Shown: piece by piece, positions 59,415-61,871 of the stretch | Layout: the number at the start of each line of letters is the position of its first letter | Position numbering within the stretch: the stretch's first letter is position 1 | Origin: a virus | Taxonomy: Duplodnaviria > Caudoviricetes | IMG/VR virus record: IMGVR_UViG_3300042465_001631 | Coordinates: 1-61,871 of that record | Length of the DNA: 61,871 nucleotides | Reading direction: 5' to 3' (one strand) | The notes under the pieces: model-generated | Told to the model about the DNA's origin: nothing | Databases searched by the model: none | The model's input: only the letters and a program-made list of their open reading frames with translations | Made by a program: the position numbers and the translations under genes

Positions 59415-59907
59415 CAAATCGGTTCCGAAAATTAAAACTTATGTGCTAACAGTTTCAGAATTTTTCCCTAAAACGCACAATAAATCAGGATTACCAACAG
59501 GATTTATTGATAAAATCGGAAGCAAAATTAAAAAGCACACCATTCGTGGAAATTACGAATTATGGAAAAAAAGAATTGAAGAAATACAAAAAGGAAATGC
59601 TGTTTTATCAATTCGTTATTGGCTTGGAAAACCTTATAATTCCAAGCAAAAAGAAGTTCATGTTTTAGATAAATATTCTGGAATTGGAGTTCAAAAATTA
59701 ACTTTTGAAGAGATGATTATGACTTGCGAAGATGTTTTAGAAACAAAATCAAAAGTAGGACTGCATATTTGGAAACCAAATTTTTCAAATATTAAAACTC
59801 TAGCGAAAAATGACGGACTTGAATTTGAAGATTTTAAAGAATGGTTTAAAGGTTATGATTTAAACGAACCAATGGCAATAGTTCATTTTACCGATGAACG
59901 TTATTAA
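59359..59907 (+). CDS. Cassette-borne ASCH/PUA-like protein; ORF begins inside site B
   Basis: KKHTIR...W and LAKNDGL...F..WF motifs. Confidence 0.6.
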   Translation: MQETLNLDQNPPLHKTSVSKSVPKIKTYVLTVSEFFPKTHNKSGLPTGFIDKIGSKIKKHTIRGNYELWKKRIEEIQKGNAVLSIRYWLGKPYNSKQKEVHVLDKYSGIGVQKLTFEEMIMTCEDVLETKSKVGLHIWKPNFSNIKTLAKNDGLEFEDFKEWFKGYDLNEPMAIVHFTDERY

Positions 59908-59914
59908 CTGTTTG

Positions 59915-59989
59915 CTAACGTTCCCACGATAGGGGCTGTTTGCCTATGCGGTTGCGTAAATTCGGCAAATAGACATTATCGTGTGTTAG
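59915..59989 (-). repeat. attC-like site C (short, 75 bp)
   Basis: CTAAC...ACGATA..CTGTTTGCC ... GGCAAATAG..TATCGT-gt-GTTAG. Confidence 0.75.
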
Positions 59990-60040
59990 CACCAGTAGCG
60001 GATTAATTAAACAAAAATATTAACTTAAAACAAAATAAAT

Positions 60041-60187
60041 ATGCCACCATTAAAAGAATACAGATTTGAGGATATGATGAACTCAAATGTACAAGTAGTA
60101 ATTAAATCATACAGCTTTACACAGGCTTATGAAATTTTGGTAATGATAACTAAACACCCTGCGGATTTTAAATGTACGAGTTTGTAG
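60041..60187 (+). CDS. Cassette-borne 48 aa protein (not in ORF track)
   Basis: MPPLKEYRFED...KCTSL fills the gap between sites C and D; A-rich leader. Confidence 0.65.
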   Translation: MPPLKEYRFEDMMNSNVQVVIKSYSFTQAYEILVMITKHPADFKCTSL

Positions 60188-60196
60188 CTATTGGTG

Positions 60197-60328
60197 CTAA
60201 CGTACGTTGAGCATTGTTGTAGTTGTGGATTAGGGCTGCCAAATTATCGATTAAACACTAATACAACCAAGTACAAAAACCAATTATTAATTAAGCCAAA
60301 TGCCACAATTGCCACAACGCATTGTTAT
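60197..60328 (-). repeat. attC-like site D
   Basis: CTAAC...GCATTGTTGTAGTTGTGG ... CCACAATTGCCACAACGC-att-GTTAT. Confidence 0.75.
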
Positions 60329-60354
60329 ATGATGGCTTTTTATTCACACAAATT

Positions 60355-60621
60355 ATGAAAGATTTTAAACAATTCAGAAGAAGTCAAATTGCAGAAATTA
60401 GAGAAGTAACAGAAGTAGATATTAATGTATTTAAGAATCACGGATTTATATATATATCAGAATATCTATTTGGTTTTAATATATCAATTTCCGATGCAGA
60501 TAAAAATAACGGAAGCCCTAAAATTGGCGATATGATTGCAAGAAATCCAAAAGACTACTCTGACCAATGGTTAATAGCTGAACAATATTTCAAAGATAAT
60601 TTTGAACAGTTAGTTGAGTAA
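60355..60621 (+). CDS. Cassette-borne hypothetical phage protein
   Basis: SISDADKNNGSPKIGDMIARNP...DQWL; start at ATG 60355. Confidence 0.75.
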   Translation: MKDFKQFRRSQIAEIREVTEVDINVFKNHGFIYISEYLFGFNISISDADKNNGSPKIGDMIARNPKDYSDQWLIAEQYFKDNFEQLVE

Positions 60622-60629
60622 GCTATCAT

Positions 60630-60715
60630 ATAACGGAAAAGCTTGTAGCTGTATGCCAAGAAAAACGTGAATCTAAAGAAAATAGTCGTAGCATATAGCT
60701 ACAAGCGTGTGTTAG
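60630..60715 (-). repeat. attC-like site E
   Basis: ATAAC-ggaaaa-GCTTGTAGCTGTATGC ... GCATATAGCTACAAGC-gtgt-GTTAG. Confidence 0.8.
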
Positions 60716-60749
60716 GGTGCGTAGTGGGTAATTAAAAATAAAAGTTATT

Positions 60750-61421
60750 ATGAAAAAGAATGTTTTAGAATTATTTGCAGGATCCCGCTCAATAGGAAAT
60801 AAAGCCGAGCAATTAGGAATGAATGTTTTTAGCGTAGATTGGACACCATACGAAAAAATAGATTTATCAATTGATATTGAATTATTGACTAAAGACCAAG
60901 TCCCATTTATTCCTGATGTTGTATGGGCAAGTCCTGATTGCACAACTTATACGATTGCCGCAATATCACATCATAGAAATGGAACAGAACCTAAAAGCGA
61001 TTATGCTTTAAAATGTGATAATGTAAATAAGCACTGGCTAGGCTTAATAAATGAATGGTTAATCATTAATCCTAAAATGGTATTCTTTATTGAAAATCCT
61101 CGTGGAATGATGCGAAAAATGCCGTTTATGAAAGGATTACAAAGAACTACTGTATGGTATTGTACTTACGGAGATTCGAGAGCAAAACCAACTGACATCT
61201 GGAGCAATAATATACAATCAATTTTTAATCAAAACGGATGGAATCCAAGAGCTGAATGTTTTAACGGTAATAAAAAATGCCAACACGAAAGCGCACCGAG
61301 AGGATCAAAAACAGGGACACAAGGAAAAAAAGGAAGTTACAACCGTTCTAAAATACCTGAATTATTATGCGAGGATGTGCTAAATTCAATTATGAATGAT
61401 AATCGTAGCTATGCACCCTAA
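60750..61421 (+). CDS. Cassette-borne short C5-cytosine DNA methyltransferase-like protein
   Basis: LELFAGS (motif I), ASPDC (IV), IENP (VI), KPT; stop codon is the TAA of the next core. Confidence 0.8.
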   Translation: MKKNVLELFAGSRSIGNKAEQLGMNVFSVDWTPYEKIDLSIDIELLTKDQVPFIPDVVWASPDCTTYTIAAISHHRNGTEPKSDYALKCDNVNKHWLGLINEWLIINPKMVFFIENPRGMMRKMPFMKGLQRTTVWYCTYGDSRAKPTDIWSNNIQSIFNQNGWNPRAECFNGNKKCQHESAPRGSKTGTQGKKGSYNRSKIPELLCEDVLNSIMNDNRSYAP

Positions 61422-61545
61422 CGGCGGATGCTACACGATGGCTGGGAAAAGCACACACCCAAACTTCGGATAATGACTGATTAAAAAAGTACAAACTGAA
61501 CTTTAAATTTAAAAATTAACCCAACTATTGTATAGCGTATGTTAG
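61418..61545 (-). repeat. attC-like site F
   Basis: CTAAC...ATGCTACACGATGGCTGGG ... CCCAACTATTGTATAGCGT-at-GTTAG. Confidence 0.75.
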
Positions 61546-61570
61546 CAGTAGTTATAATACAGAATTTGTT

Positions 61571-61738
61571 ATGAAAGCACTATGCTTAATTATTTGGATG
61601 ATTATTTCATTATTATTTGTTTGCAGTATCATTGGATTGGTAATGTTTATACCTAAAGACAATTGGCAAAATCAAGAAAACACACCATCAACTTGGTATT
61701 CTATTGGTAAAAAATTGTTGAACAGTGTGGTTGAATAA
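61571..61738 (+). CDS. Cassette-borne 55 aa membrane protein (not in ORF track)
   Basis: MKALCLIIWMIISLLFVCSIIGLVMF...; fills the gap between sites F and A. Confidence 0.65.
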   Translation: MKALCLIIWMIISLLFVCSIIGLVMFIPKDNWQNQENTPSTWYSIGKKLLNSVVE

Positions 61739-61744
61739 TTACTG

Positions 61745-61871
61745 CTAACGGCTGCGGGTAGCATTGCAGAGCGGGATTTGAAACCGCTACACTATCCACC
61801 GCTACAAAAAGATATTGAAAGCAGTAAAGTTAAATATGCCGTAATACCCCGCTTTGCTGCTACCCGTTGTT
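61745..61871 (-). repeat. attC-like site A, equal to the terminal overlap with 1-127
   Basis: Identical to window start. Confidence 0.85.

Larger units (their letters stand above)
58204..61871. mobile_element. Integron-like cassette array without integrase (CALIN-like), part before the circular junction
   Basis: One half site, sites A-F and the junction copy of A, each separated by exactly one gene. Confidence 0.8.

Noticed and set aside
58850-61749. CRISPR array or simple terminators/REP elements
   Set aside because: The units are not identical repeats, are separated by whole genes, lack U-tracts, and have gene-specific flanks that only pair after circularisation.
61745-61871. Biological direct terminal repeat
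   Set aside because: It is exactly 127 nt and falls inside a repeated site, which fits assembler k-mer overlap; the true termini are unknown.
58204-61871. Diversity-generating retroelement or invertase shufflon
   Set aside because: No reverse transcriptase or invertase is recognisable, the duplicate copy shows no adenine-specific differences, and all cargo genes have the same orientation.
1-61871. Stop-codon reassignment
   Set aside because: Core genes are intact in the standard code, and TAG/TGA end genes at coupled boundaries.

Overview
This window looks like a complete, circularly assembled ~61.7 kb genome of a podovirus-like phage of Bacteroidota, probably Flavobacteriia. The last 127 nt repeat the first 127 nt, and Bacteroidota-type TAnnTTTG promoters recur. 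The + strand early/replication arm runs 51.8 kb -> end -> 10.5 kb and carries a RecE-like exonuclease, a DUF3127 SSB, a primase-helicase, an SF2 helicase, a VRR-NUC nuclease, a metallophosphoesterase and an HNH endonuclease. The - strand late arm (50.7 -> 10.6 kb) carries GroEL/GroES, tail fibres, lysis genes, terminase, portal, scaffold, capsid, tail and ejection proteins. I could not recognise a DNA polymerase or an integrase. The main discovery is an integron-like gene-cassette array spanning the assembly junction (58204-61871 + 1-1610). Single genes, including two DNA methyltransferases, alternate with 75-132 bp TAAC...GTTA imperfect palindromes resembling attC sites. Each gene has its own ~15 bp terminal inverted repeat, and one site+gene unit is exactly duplicated with its ends at the TAAC cores. 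The genes point opposite to the canonical cassette orientation, and the array ends in a non-palindromic attI-like site next to a small RHH-like gene rather than an integrase. Other highlights are a Pro1 class-3-type intein inside the GDG/TTT motif of GroEL and a circularly permuted DUF3494 (ice-binding-type) domain inserted in a collagen-repeat fibre. All calls come from reading motifs by eye; no searches were run.
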